Of a DNA stretch of 64,000 bases, positions 44,720-55,694 are shown in pieces (positions within the stretch are counted from its first letter, which is position 1; the number at the start of each line of letters is the position of its first letter). A program made the position numbers and the translations under genes. The notes beneath the pieces were generated by a model that saw only the letters and a list, made by a program, of their open reading frames with translations, ran no database searches and was not told the DNA's origin. Location of the stretch: the NCBI GenBank assembly GCA_977862235.1, contig OZ374566.1, positions 372,001 to 436,000 on the forward strand, given 5' to 3'. The stretch comes from Dudresnaya verticillata. Taxonomy: Eukaryota.

Positions 44720-44862
44720 GGAGTATGCGGGCAAAAAGTTATGTACATTCTCTACATTGAGAGATGACCACGCACCCGTCTCGGATTGCCCCGACAGAGC
44801 CTCATTACTTACAACCTCACGATCTATTCTGTAGTGTTGCTACCGTGTACGTTCTGACTACG

Positions 44863-46839
44863 CTAGAAATACCCTGAGGATCCAGAAGAATTAGGATCAG
44901 AACCAACTTGTGAGTCAAAGCGTGCGTTCGGAACGCCATTCACTATTTGCAACTCCTCAAGCGGTTCTTCAGAACTTCGCAGCATCTCGGCGCGAGTTGC
45001 CACAACGCTTGGGTGATTCTCATCGAAAGTTTGATCCAATTTCCTGAAGTCCTCAAGCCCCTGCTCCAATGCAGCATCGAACCGCTTGACTTCTTCCTCA
45101 CTTAGCGATAATGGAACTCCATCTGTTTCCAAGGAGCTTTTCTCTCGTCCGAATGCACGGTTTGCTGCCAAAGCATCTCGCATGACCCTCTCCTCGTCCT
45201 CACCTCGGTGCTGCATGACGTCCTCATATGCATCGTTTTCTCCGCTGATGCTCCCTGGGCTTTCAACCTCTTTTGAATATGAAAACTGTGGTTCTATCTC
45301 ATCAGTTGCTGGAGCTTGTGGTGGTGCTGGTGCTGGCGCCTGTGATGCCACTTCGTTTTGTTTTGTTTGACTGTTCGTCATCGCAGCGATGAACGGTTCA
45401 GCTGGCCTTATGGGCTCACGCGACCCGTCCGGCAAGACACGCCACACCATAACGCCTGTCGCCTCGTCTATTGATAAATCATCCTGCTCCTGGTGTGCTG
45501 GTGTATGAGATGTTGGCGATGATAGATCTCCCTCAACATCGCTCCGATTGTGAGATGAAATTGTCTGGCTCGGTTTCGTTTTCGCTGTGGCGCGATTGAC
45601 CTCTTGGCCATGCGCCCCCAGAAATCTTTCAATTGAGAAGCTTGCAGCAATCTCTCTGAGTTCTGCGGGAAGCCTATCAGTCTCCCCAAGTGCGGTGGCA
45701 GCAGCAATCTTAGCTGCGGCGGGAGCGATAAGGAAGCCGTTCCGATAGTAGCCAGTAGCGATGCTCAAATTATCCATCTCAGACATGCCAAGAACGGGCA
45801 TCAGGTCTGGCGTCGCAGGCCGCACCCCGCTCCACGTCTCAGCAACCTCATAGCGCGCGAAATCTGGGACAAGCTCAACTGCAGAGTTGAGCAACGACGC
45901 GAGCCCACCAGCAGTATTGGCCAAATCAAACGTTCCCTCCTCCATGGTGGCACCTACGAAAAACTCCTCACCGTCCTTCTTGGGCACAACGTAGACCTTC
46001 TTACTATGTAGCACGTGCTGCAAACGGCCTACAAGTTGCTCCCCGCTTGGTGGGCGCAACGATAGCATCTGCCCCTTGATCGGACGCACGGGCAATCCCG
46101 GCAGCAACCCTCCCGACCACGCACCACCCGCCAACAAGTAGTGGCCGCCACGCACTAAGTCGCCGTCATGGAGCAGTACACCATCCAAGACGCCCCCGCC
46201 TGGAGCGACGACAAGGCGGCGCACGAGCGCGTCGGCATCCGTGACGACGCCAAGCGAGTCGCACGCCGCTCGCAAAGCAGCCATTACAGCACGATTGTCC
46301 ACATGGGCCTGCCCACGCAAGCGCTCCGCGGAGAGGACGCGGTCGGAGAGCGCCGGCTCGAGCAGGCGGGCTTGGTCGCCAGAGAGCAGCGCATGCTGCG
46401 AGTCGCGCACGTCGGATGCGTGCAGATGCGGACACAGGAAGTCCGGCAGTGACACGTAACGCAGATCTGCCTGCGGGGCGTGCGGCTGCAGTGCGCGGAT
46501 AAAGCTCGGGTACAGCTCGAGAGAGTGGTCCGAGAGCTTGCGCAGTGGAGCTGGCAGCAGCTCGGCAGCCGGGGCCAGCATGCCCGCGGCGGCCAGCCCC
46601 GCCGGCGGGCGCGATAGGGTGGTCAGCACGCGCACCGAAGCGCCGCGCTGCGAAAGCTCGCGTGCTGTGGACAGCCCAGCTAGGCCGCCGCCAATTATGA
46701 CCACATCCGGCAGGGAAGCCGTCGGGAAGCGGGGGCGTGCTGCGCGGTGCGGGTGCGGGCGGGGGGCGGTGCGGGAGAGCCATCGCCCGTGGAAAGGGCG
46801 GGGCCCGCAGGGTGCCGCTGGCGGCAGGAAGGCTTCCAT
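44863..46839 (-). CDS. thiO: Glycine oxidase ThiO, plastid-targeted, with long C-terminal extension
   Basis: IIGGGLAG, AAAGMLAPAAE, VDNR, VRPIKGQML, VYVVPK, VGATME, WSGVRPATPD, ATGYYRNGFL. ATG at 46839 (MEAFLP). Confidence 0.85.
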   Translation of the reverse strand: MEAFLPPAAPCGPRPFHGRWLSRTAPRPHPHRAARPRFPTASLPDVVIIGGGLAGLSTARELSQRGASVRVLTTLSRPPAGLAAAGMLAPAAELLPAPLRKLSDHSLELYPSFIRALQPHAPQADLRYVSLPDFLCPHLHASDVRDSQHALLSGDQARLLEPALSDRVLSAERLRGQAHVDNRAVMAALRAACDSLGVVTDADALVRRLVVAPGGGVLDGVLLHDGDLVRGGHYLLAGGAWSGGLLPGLPVRPIKGQMLSLRPPSGEQLVGRLQHVLHSKKVYVVPKKDGEEFFVGATMEEGTFDLANTAGGLASLLNSAVELVPDFARYEVAETWSGVRPATPDLMPVLGMSEMDNLSIATGYYRNGFLIAPAAAKIAAATALGETDRLPAELREIAASFSIERFLGAHGQEVNRATAKTKPSQTISSHNRSDVEGDLSSPTSHTPAHQEQDDLSIDEATGVMVWRVLPDGSREPIRPAEPFIAAMTNSQTKQNEVASQAPAPAPPQAPATDEIEPQFSYSKEVESPGSISGENDAYEDVMQHRGEDEERVMRDALAANRAFGREKSSLETDGVPLSLSEEEVKRFDAALEQGLEDFRKLDQTFDENHPSVVATRAEMLRSSEEPLEELQIVNGVPNARFDSQVGSDPNSSGSSGYF

Positions 46840-47592
46840 TGCGGATTGCGGTTCAACGAGGGCGGGGGTGTAGAAGGGCGGGTGGGGGTGATGGGAGATG
46901 CCGAGAGAGGAGGCAATAATGTTGGAGAGGAGGAGAGCGGGGCTGTGAGATCGGCGGCATTTGAAGGTGCTCAGTGATTGGGCGGTTGCGGGGGCCAATG
47001 GTGGCGGGTAAATGCCGTACAGATTTTCTGGCGGCCAACAGCTTTGGGCGGCGTGTTGCGACATTTCTGCGGCTCCTGTTACCCATCAAAGTTGAAGAAG
47101 GGCATATGCTGTGCAAGAGAATGCATTCCGGAGGCCCACGAGTGCCCTTGGCCTTCTGCTGTAGTCTTCAATAGGACCAACAGTTGGCGGTTCGCGATGC
47201 CGAGGCGGTTGCGTGCATGCTTTATGCTGGCGGTCGTACGCACGACGCCCGCATCTGATTGTTTGCCTGCCCAGCCACAATGCTGCATCTGGAAGCCTGT
47301 GTCCGCGATAGTGCGCTGTCCTGGGCGGCGGAATCTTACAGTGCTCCTTTGACTCTGCTTCGGGGTTGTTTGCTGCAGTCCGTACTCGAGTCACCGACCA
47401 CTGCCGGTTCGCTTCCTGGGAGTAGAATCTTCCACGAAGTGCCATCGCAGACCACCTTTCCCGAGCTGCACGTGCGCCCCGCGTTCCGGTCGCTATATTC
47501 TTCCCTGCCACCACAATTCAAAGCCCAGCGCGCTGCCATGAGCCCAGCGCAGCAGCACTAACCTCCCCGCAGTATACCCTGCGACGCATGCA

Positions 47593-49155
47593 ATGGGTAC
47601 GAACAACCCGCCGTCGGAGCGGCAGGGCTACAATGCCACGGCGAACCCGGAGGACATCTCGGCCGCGCCGCAGCCACAAAGCACTGTCGTGTTCAACTGG
47701 CGCACCTTGGTCGCTCTGGCAGGTCTGCCCTGCCTGATCTGCGTGGCAGCCATCGACCCGGGCAACCTCGAGGTCGATCTGCAGGCTGGCGCCAAGTTGC
47801 GCTACGCTCTCATCTGGGCCCTCGTCTTCTCCAGCGTTGTCGGCTGGGTCCTGCAGGCCCTTGTTGCGCACCTCACCATCATCACCGGTGGGCATCTCGC
47901 AGAGCTCTGCGCTCGCGCCTATGGCAGTGACAAGCTGCTCTCCAGAGCTGTGTTTGTCTTCACCGAGCTTTCCATCGTCGCCTTCGACGTGGCTGAGGTC
48001 GTTGGCACAGCTTTCGGCCTGCAGCTGCTCTTCCACTGGCCGCTCTGGCTGGGGATGATCATGTCAGCGCTGGACACTATTCTTGTGCTCTATTTACAAA
48101 GACGCGGGCTCAATAAGATTGAGATTATTATTGAAGGTATGATGGTGCTCTTGGCACTCTCTATCTTCTATGAGTTTGCGCTTTCGCAACCACAAGTGGG
48201 TGAAATGGTAAAAGGCGCTGTGGTTCCGGATCTGGGCGACAACCCGCGTGAGGGCGCCATCCTCGCCATCGGGATACTGGGGTCCGTGATCATGTCGCAC
48301 AACCTTTTCTTGCACAGCTGGCTGCTTAAGGAGCGCCGCAGAGGTCTTACGGACCCAGATGTGGACCCGTCAAACGCCGTATGGTCACCGGCCGGGGTTT
48401 CATCGCCAGACACCGCCATACTGTGCCGCTACGTAACTATCGAAGCTGCCGTGATCTTCGCGGTGACATTTTTGATCAACGCATGCGTCGTCGCCGTAAC
48501 GGCAGCGCTGCCACAAGAGGTGCTGCCGGAGGACGGCGAACTCGGCCTGAAAGATGCTGGAGCGCTGTTTCGAAACGTCTTCGACTCGCGCTTTGCGTCC
48601 GTCGCGTGGGGACTGGCGCTTTTGGCGAGCGGGCATGCTGCTACTGTGACGGGCACCCTGGCAAGCCAGGTAGTGTGCGAGGGCTTCTTGGGCATACGCA
48701 GTGGGCGCGCACCAGAGGGACTGGTGATGATGACCCGCGTGGTAGCGATCGTGCCCGCGCTCCTCGCCGCCCTCGCCGCAGGCGAGAAGGGCTCAGACCG
48801 GCTGATTGTCCTCTCGCAGGTGGTGATCTCGCTCGCGATACCGTTTGCTGTCATCCCCATTTTCAAGCTGCTCCACACTGTGCGGGGCGCGCAGCCTCCA
48901 CATGTTCGATGGCTGGTGCAGGCGGGCTATATCTCTTTTGTGTTTCTTGCACTGGCAAATGTTTACGCTGTATACGACATTGCTCAGCAGGTGTGGGATG
49001 AGTCGGGGGTTGTCATGTTTGGCGTGCTGTTGGTGGTGATCGCAGGATCGGCGGCACTGATCGTGAAGCTGGTGGTGGCACGAGTTTCGATGGACGAGAT
49101 GGACATGCCGTCGGATCGGCTGGTAACGGACGGAGAACAGGAGAAGCTGATCTGA
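47593..49155 (+). CDS. NRAMP-family divalent metal transporter
   Basis: IDPGNLEVDLQAG, FDVAEVVGTA, MSHNLFLHS, TGTLASQVVCEGF, SQVVISLAIPFA. Confidence 0.93.
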   Translation: MGTNNPPSERQGYNATANPEDISAAPQPQSTVVFNWRTLVALAGLPCLICVAAIDPGNLEVDLQAGAKLRYALIWALVFSSVVGWVLQALVAHLTIITGGHLAELCARAYGSDKLLSRAVFVFTELSIVAFDVAEVVGTAFGLQLLFHWPLWLGMIMSALDTILVLYLQRRGLNKIEIIIEGMMVLLALSIFYEFALSQPQVGEMVKGAVVPDLGDNPREGAILAIGILGSVIMSHNLFLHSWLLKERRRGLTDPDVDPSNAVWSPAGVSSPDTAILCRYVTIEAAVIFAVTFLINACVVAVTAALPQEVLPEDGELGLKDAGALFRNVFDSRFASVAWGLALLASGHAATVTGTLASQVVCEGFLGIRSGRAPEGLVMMTRVVAIVPALLAALAAGEKGSDRLIVLSQVVISLAIPFAVIPIFKLLHTVRGAQPPHVRWLVQAGYISFVFLALANVYAVYDIAQQVWDESGVVMFGVLLVVIAGSAALIVKLVVARVSMDEMDMPSDRLVTDGEQEKLI

Positions 49156-49551
49156 GTGGGGCTGCAGATCGGGGAGGGATAGAAACTTGTAGTGCGAATA
49201 AAGAGAGCTGACTATGAGTTGGTTGGTGTACGAGGGTCTTAGTGGCGGGCGCAGAACGGCCATCGGCGACGCCGTGGTACTCCTCAGAGTGCTTTTGGCA
49301 GCAGGGAACGAGAGAGGGCCGACCAATGCGGGTCCCTCCCTAGCATGTGCCCCGAAGGACGGCTGCCGTGGGATCGTCGCGAGCTGCGCCGCCGCAGAAA
49401 TGGAGAGAGTTATACTGCGAGCAGGACGGGTTGTCCGTGTCGCACTTGGTCTCCCCATTTCACTGGCGGCGCGGCACACGGCGTTGACTCATTGACGTGG
49501 GCGATTGCGTATGCATAGAGCTGCGGTTGGGAGGTTGCGGCTGGAGGAGAT

Positions 49552-49637
49552 GGGGGCGAGGGGGGACGAGGGAGGGCGAGGGAGGGGGAGAGAGGGTGAG
49601 GGAGGGTGAGGGAGGGTGAGGGAGGGTGAGGGAGGGC
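49552..49637. repeat. Purine/G-rich tandem repeat (GAGGGAGGGT)n
   Basis: Read directly: several perfect and degenerate 10-bp units. Confidence 0.9.
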
Positions 49638-50047
49638 GTCTCGAATGGGTGTCAAGCGGAGTTAACACACTTTAAGCGGTTGCGATACAGCAGGCGAGAC
49701 GGAGGATCGACGGCGGCGCCGGCGGCAGTAGTGAGCAAAACAGGTGAACGGCCGAAGACAAGCTGTCGCGGGAAAGGGCAGTGTCAATCCATTGCGAAAG
49801 GTGCAGAGCCAATGATAGAGCGAAGCAGCGGGAGATACGCGGCGCGACGCGGCGACCGGGCAGTATCCACGTGATCCGAGAAAATTGGGAAAAATGTAAC
49901 AAAACGCGATGCGAAAGCTGACAAGCCTCGCGCGAGCGGACCATTGGACCGGGCGGCCCCTGTGTCAGCCCCGGGGGGCATGGTGGCAGGGTGTGTCGCG
50001 TGTCGGCCTTTGTGCATCGCCTTCCGCAGCACCACCGCCCCCTGCCT

Positions 50048-50056
50048 CTATTTAAA
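50048..50056 (+). promoter_or_regulatory. TATA-like element (CTATTTAAA) upstream of MOT1
   Basis: About 90 bp before ATG 50139, followed by a C-rich leader. Confidence 0.45.
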
Positions 50057-50138
50057 CTCCCCCCCCGCGCCCGACACCACCCTTGCCCTCCATGCCCGCC
50101 CTCTCCCCGCACTGCAACCCCGGCGCACCACCTGCGCG

Positions 50139-53100
50139 ATGGGAGCCAACGACGCACCCGCCGCCCTGGGCGGTCCTAGCAGACTCGATGGCCTTCTCTC
50201 TCTGCTTGACTCTGGGTCCAACCCTTCCGTCAGGAAGATGGCCGCCGCGCAGATCGGCGACCTCGTCGCCGCCCACCCGTCCGAGACCCGCCCCGTACTG
50301 CGTCGCGTTCGTAGGTTGCTCCGCTCTACCGCATGGGAGACACGTATCGCTGCCAGTCACGCCATCGCTGCTATCGCAGAGCACTCACCCACTTTTGTAC
50401 CCGCCGCAGACTCGGGCAGCGTTGCGCTCAAGGAGGAGGCCCAGCCGCAGCAGTCTCACCCGTCCATTAAGAATGAGGAAGTGGTGGCACCTCAGACTCA
50501 AGCCATGAATCCGATCCTCACGTCCGGTTTGCACTTCGACACCCTCGATATCGACAAGCTTATGAGTGGCGGTGCTATGCTTTTCGGTTCTTCTGGTGAC
50601 GAATACAAGGATGCCGAAACCGACATTGCTGCGCAACGTGCGAAGCTGAAGGCTGATCTTGGTCTGGACGACCGCTTTTCCGCAAATACAGGTGAGAACA
50701 TGTTCGGCTTAAAAGACGACGACCTTGTCATGCGGAAGCCTGAATTGGAAGCCAACCGAAACGGCAGTGCGAACGGTTCTGCTGATATGTCAGCTACTGC
50801 TGACGTTGTTGCAGAGATGGGTCCGCTCAGTGCTCGTGAACGAAATCGCCGGAAGCGTGAAGCAAAGAAACGTGCGCGAATGGGTACCGACGGCAGACCT
50901 CCAAAACGCCCTAGAGGAAATGGCGATGCTGCGGCTAGCGCGGAGGGGCCTGAGGTGTTCTCGCTGGCAGAGATGGCGTCTCAGAAGGATGAGGAGGATG
51001 AGGAGTATGAAAGAGAGTTCGGTGCCCCGTTCTGGGAGTTTCAGCCAACTTGCGAAGTTCTCAAGCATGGCTTGCTTGAGCCGAAGTGGGAGTCACGCCA
51101 TGGTGCGGCCATCGGCTTGCGACAGATCCTCATGCGGCAACCGGCGAGTGCGGGTCGATTTTCCCGAGGTTCGCTGGGCGACAAGGAAAATGCTAGTTGG
51201 CTGGAGGACCTCTGCTGCAGGCTGCTCTGCGTGCTTGCAATGGACCGGTTTGGAGATTTTGTGGGAGATGCGGTTGTCGCACCGGTGCGAGAGGCTGCTG
51301 CGATGACCATTGGGGCATCCTCACGCGCAATGGCACCAGAGGCTACCCGACGTTTGGTGGACAAGGTGTTCTACCTTAACAAGACCGAGAGCAGTCACCA
51401 GTGGGAGGTTCGGCATTCAGCGCTTCTCGGTGTTCGCTATGTGCTGGCTGTGCAGGAAGCTTTGGCTGCGGAACTATTGCAATTTTCATTTGCCAGTATT
51501 GCCAATGGTCTGAAGGATCAAGACGATGATGTGCGTGCGGTCGCAGCAGAGGCTCTTCTACCGATGTCTTCACGTCTCATCATGTTTATGCCCAGCTCTG
51601 TACCGGGCCTTGTTACTACCTTATGGGACGCGCTTCTGGACCTTGATGACATCAGTGCGTCAACGAGCAGCGTGCTGCGATTGCTGTCGGAAATCACGAA
51701 GCATCCCCCTCACGCGGAGTGTAATACCCTCTGGCTAGATCCGAACTCACTCAACGATGAGTCCGATGACGATGAAGAGTCTGCAGAAAACGGTAAACCC
51801 GGCGACGCAGCGTCACAAAGTGTCGCTTCTGTTCTTGTTGAGCTAGTGCCGCGCCTCTGGCCCTTCTTGCGACACAGTTCGAAAACGGTGCGGCGAGCTG
51901 CAATTAACCTGATGGAGACACTGACCAAGGCCTTTGACGATGAAGACCTCCTTGTTTGGGTACGACCCATATTTTCCGATCTGACATCGCGCCTTTTCCG
52001 AAACATTTTGCTAGAGCCCGAGAGTGAAACCATGGAGATATCACAACGGTTGTGGACAAGAGCACTAGCTGCATATGGTAAGAACGAGACCCATCGACGA
52101 TCACTTGGACATGCAGTTGGGCCCACGGTGGGCCACTGGCTACTCGTTTCGGCACAGGAGACAAGAACTGAAGCTGCAGCATACGATGAGTCTCAAAACA
52201 AACCCAAGGAAACTGCAGCAGTTCGACGTAGGAAGGCAGCAGCAGCTAGAAGAGCTGCGAAGGCTAGAAAGGCAAGACAAGGGCAGAGTGTAATTCCGCA
52301 GACTGCTCATGATGGTGGCTCAGCTGTGGTGATTGAGGGTCCGTTCGACGGAGTCGTCATGCAGCACAACGTCGCTAGAGCTCTTGGCTTTCTTGCGACG
52401 ATGTGGCCGTCTGATGATTTCTCTCTTGAGAACAAGTTGCTTGACGCAATGAAGAGCCCATTTGCGAGTGCGCGACGAGTAGCTTGTGATGTTTGTGGGC
52501 AGTGGACGGCAACGGTCAATGATCCGAGTTTTGTCTTCTCAGAGAACATTCGTTCAGCTTTAGAGAGGGAGGTCACCTCGAGTGGAGGCTGTGTGTTTGC
52601 AGAGGTCGGAGCATCGGCTGGGTCGTTCTTCACGGACTCTCAGGCATTTTTGGACGCAGTACCGAATCACTCAATTGGTAAGGTTATCGACACAGCAAGC
52701 TTGAAGAATGCCTGTATGGAGGGCAAGAAAGCAGCTACTGCTCGAGACTCTCCTTCCGCTGCAGTTTGTGCACGCTCCATCAAGACTCATATGACTCTGT
52801 TGGTCACTGGAGATACATGGGAATATCTGCTCAAGTTTTTGAGGGATACGGGTACGCAAAAGCGCCGAATTGAATCGCTCGAGTCACTACGAATGCGTAT
52901 CTTGGCATCCGTCGGGTACATGACAGTTCGGGAAGATTCTAGCCGCATCGCACTTGCGGCTAGTGCGACAGCAGCGTTGGTACTTTGCCGGGGCTTCCCA
53001 CTACCTCAGAAGGTTGCTCCATTTATCAAAGCACTCATGGCTGCGCTAAGAACGAGCAAGAATCCTCACCTTCAAGATCAAGCAACCTCAGCTCTGTCAA

Positions 53101-55694
53101 AATTGGCTCTAAGGTTGACAGAACGAGGAGCTCAAAAGCCTTTGTCGTTAATGGTGAAAAATTTGATGAAGTACTTGACAGCCCAACAACAGGTCAGTGA
53201 AAACGTTATAGCAAGGTCAGTCACATCGCCAGATATAGAACTAGACAACGCTGCACTGGCTAAGAGGGGCTCATTGTCTGCGTTACGACAATTTTGTGTT
53301 GACTTCAAGGAGGAGTTGTTCGACAAGCTTCCTTGGTTTTGGAATCGAGTGTGCGGTGCTATTCTGTCAACTGAACATACCACTCCGAATGAGGAAGTCA
53401 ATCAAGGTATGATTGTTTTGCGTGCGTTGGTTCCCTTCATTCCATCTTCGCTGCACCCTTTGGTGGCTTCTCTGCTCCCTCATCTTGTGATGGTTTGTGC
53501 TGCTCCTCATGAAGGATTTGCGGAACAAGCACCGAAATGCCTAGCTGATGTTGTCGTTGCCATACCGGGCGCTGGAATGCAGAACGTAATCTCTCGACTC
53601 GTTCCTTTGCTGTCGGGCTCACAACAAGAAAAGAGCGCTGCCACATGCGCTCGACGCGGAGCTGCGAGCTCGTTGAAAGCAGTTGTCGATAGAATGGGTC
53701 CGGACCTTATTCCGTATGCCGCCTTTATGGTTGTACCAATGATGACAAGAATGGTTGATGAGGATGAGGTCGTGAGAAGTGCAGCAGCTGGTGTCTTTGG
53801 GACCTTGGTCCGTTTGATGCCTTTGGAAGGCGGTGCTCCAGATGATCCCGAAATGAGCGAGGCAATGGCCTCGGAAAGACAAGAAGCGCGTTCCTTTTTG
53901 GGACAACTTCTTGGAACTGAACCAAGAAAACATTATCACCTTCCAGTATCGATTGGGGATGGGATCACTCTCCGAAAGTATCAGCAGGAATGTCTTGACT
54001 GGTTAGCTTTCTTGAACAGGTATGGTTTGCACGGTGCCCTCTGTGATGACATGGGCCTTGGCAAGACCTTAATGACATTGTGCATGATCACTGGTGATTT
54101 CGTGACTACCTCGCAGAACGATGTATCCCTCCCATCCGTTGTGGTTTGCCCGAGCACGATTGTTGCGCACTGGGTTCAGGAAGCTGAGCGATTCTTTGGC
54201 GACGCACTAAATCCTATTTTACACTACGCCGGCTCACCCAAGAACAGAGCTAAGTATAGGGATTCTAACGTCTTGGCTCAAGCCGCCCTTGTTGTAACAA
54301 GTTACGACATCTTGAGCAATGATTTGAAATATTTCGAGGGCGTGCGATGGAACTATGTGGTCCTAGATGAAGGCCACGTGATCAAGAACCCGAAAACAAA
54401 GGTTGCACGAGCTGTTCGTGCACTATCGGCTAACCATCGCCTTATCCTGACAGGAACCCCGATTCAGAACTCGGTATTGGAGCTCTGGGCAATGTTCGAC
54501 TTCCTAATGCCTGGCTTCTTGGGCTCGGAAAAAAGCTTCAAGCAAACGTACGCGAAGCCAATTATGGCGTCGCGTGACGGAAAATGTACAGAGGCGGATC
54601 AAGAGAAGGGCATGGTCGCAACTGAGGCTTTGCATCGACAAGTTTTGCCGTTCGTTCTTCGTCGTCTGAAGGATGACGTTTTGTCAGAGTTGCCGCCGAA
54701 GATCATTCAGGATTACTTTTGTCACATGACTCCACTTCAAGTCCGACTATACGAAGACTTCGCATCCGAAATGACAGGGGCGGACGGGATGTCCGGCAGG
54801 CAGACTGGAAGCAATTCCGCTGCTGGCGGCTCTCACGTGTTCCAGGCTTTGACGTACTTGCGAAGATTGTGCAGTCATCCAAAATTGGTACTTTCGCCGA
54901 AGCACCCCCAGTACGAGGCCGTTCACCGTCTTCTCAAAAATGAGGGCAAGACTATCGATGACATTGATTCAAGTGCAAAACTTGTTGGTCTAATGAACAT
55001 CTTGCACGAATGCGGTATCGGCGACGCTGAATCGGGTGCACGAGACTCCGGTGGTCACCGAGCCCTCATTTTCGGCCAAAATAAGGACATGTTGGACTTG
55101 GTTCAGACCGACCTGTTTCGGAACCACATGCCAAACGTTACGTATCTCCGCCTCGATGGCTCTGTCGAAGCATCGAAGCGCCAACCTATTGTTACAAGAT
55201 TCAATGCTGATCCGACGATTGATTGTCTGCTTCTGACGACACATGTTGGAGGGCTTGGTCTTAACCTTACTGGAGCAGACACTGTAATATTCCTTGAGCA
55301 CGACTGGAACCCAACCAAGGACTTGCAAGCAATGGACCGTGCGCACCGAATGGGACAGAAGCGGACAGTGAATGTGTACAGACTAATTACCAGAGGTACC
55401 CTCGAGGAAAAGATAATGGGCATTCAGAAGTTTAAAACACATATTGCAAACACAGTTGTCAACAGGGAAAATTCCAACCTCCAGAGCATGAATACGGAGC
55501 AATTGCTGGACTTATTCAAAGTCGAAGATGCTGTGGGTGCTTCACCAAGTGCGAACGGGGATATCCCACTGGGGACTGGTAAGGGTATGAAGGCAGCTTT
55601 ATCCAGTTTGGGAGAGTTATGGGATGAACAGCAGTACGAAGATGAATACAACATGGAAGAGTTCCTGGCCGGGATGGGCTCTACTACGGGATAG
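50139..55694 (+). CDS. BTAF1: TBP-associated SNF2 ATPase MOT1/BTAF1
   Basis: SRLDGLLSLLDSGS, DRFGDFVGDAVVAPVRE, LCDDMGLGKT, LDEGH, LTGTPIQN, HVFQALTYLRRLCSHP, LQAMDRAHRMGQ. Confidence 0.97.
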   Translation: MGANDAPAALGGPSRLDGLLSLLDSGSNPSVRKMAAAQIGDLVAAHPSETRPVLRRVRRLLRSTAWETRIAASHAIAAIAEHSPTFVPAADSGSVALKEEAQPQQSHPSIKNEEVVAPQTQAMNPILTSGLHFDTLDIDKLMSGGAMLFGSSGDEYKDAETDIAAQRAKLKADLGLDDRFSANTGENMFGLKDDDLVMRKPELEANRNGSANGSADMSATADVVAEMGPLSARERNRRKREAKKRARMGTDGRPPKRPRGNGDAAASAEGPEVFSLAEMASQKDEEDEEYEREFGAPFWEFQPTCEVLKHGLLEPKWESRHGAAIGLRQILMRQPASAGRFSRGSLGDKENASWLEDLCCRLLCVLAMDRFGDFVGDAVVAPVREAAAMTIGASSRAMAPEATRRLVDKVFYLNKTESSHQWEVRHSALLGVRYVLAVQEALAAELLQFSFASIANGLKDQDDDVRAVAAEALLPMSSRLIMFMPSSVPGLVTTLWDALLDLDDISASTSSVLRLLSEITKHPPHAECNTLWLDPNSLNDESDDDEESAENGKPGDAASQSVASVLVELVPRLWPFLRHSSKTVRRAAINLMETLTKAFDDEDLLVWVRPIFSDLTSRLFRNILLEPESETMEISQRLWTRALAAYGKNETHRRSLGHAVGPTVGHWLLVSAQETRTEAAAYDESQNKPKETAAVRRRKAAAARRAAKARKARQGQSVIPQTAHDGGSAVVIEGPFDGVVMQHNVARALGFLATMWPSDDFSLENKLLDAMKSPFASARRVACDVCGQWTATVNDPSFVFSENIRSALEREVTSSGGCVFAEVGASAGSFFTDSQAFLDAVPNHSIGKVIDTASLKNACMEGKKAATARDSPSAAVCARSIKTHMTLLVTGDTWEYLLKFLRDTGTQKRRIESLESLRMRILASVGYMTVREDSSRIALAASATAALVLCRGFPLPQKVAPFIKALMAALRTSKNPHLQDQATSALSKLALRLTERGAQKPLSLMVKNLMKYLTAQQQVSENVIARSVTSPDIELDNAALAKRGSLSALRQFCVDFKEELFDKLPWFWNRVCGAILSTEHTTPNEEVNQGMIVLRALVPFIPSSLHPLVASLLPHLVMVCAAPHEGFAEQAPKCLADVVVAIPGAGMQNVISRLVPLLSGSQQEKSAATCARRGAASSLKAVVDRMGPDLIPYAAFMVVPMMTRMVDEDEVVRSAAAGVFGTLVRLMPLEGGAPDDPEMSEAMASERQEARSFLGQLLGTEPRKHYHLPVSIGDGITLRKYQQECLDWLAFLNRYGLHGALCDDMGLGKTLMTLCMITGDFVTTSQNDVSLPSVVVCPSTIVAHWVQEAERFFGDALNPILHYAGSPKNRAKYRDSNVLAQAALVVTSYDILSNDLKYFEGVRWNYVVLDEGHVIKNPKTKVARAVRALSANHRLILTGTPIQNSVLELWAMFDFLMPGFLGSEKSFKQTYAKPIMASRDGKCTEADQEKGMVATEALHRQVLPFVLRRLKDDVLSELPPKIIQDYFCHMTPLQVRLYEDFASEMTGADGMSGRQTGSNSAAGGSHVFQALTYLRRLCSHPKLVLSPKHPQYEAVHRLLKNEGKTIDDIDSSAKLVGLMNILHECGIGDAESGARDSGGHRALIFGQNKDMLDLVQTDLFRNHMPNVTYLRLDGSVEASKRQPIVTRFNADPTIDCLLLTTHVGGLGLNLTGADTVIFLEHDWNPTKDLQAMDRAHRMGQKRTVNVYRLITRGTLEEKIMGIQKFKTHIANTVVNRENSNLQSMNTEQLLDLFKVEDAVGASPSANGDIPLGTGKGMKAALSSLGELWDEQQYEDEYNMEEFLAGMGSTTG

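Noticed and set aside
24652..49155. Arsenic/metal gene cluster (GT2, channel, NRAMP)
   Set aside because: The genes are dispersed among housekeeping genes, and no arsM, arsS or acr3 was seen.
33295..55694. TAF2 and MOT1 (both TBP-related) as a functional cluster
   Set aside because: Separated by about 12 kb of unrelated genes; chance co-location is plausible.
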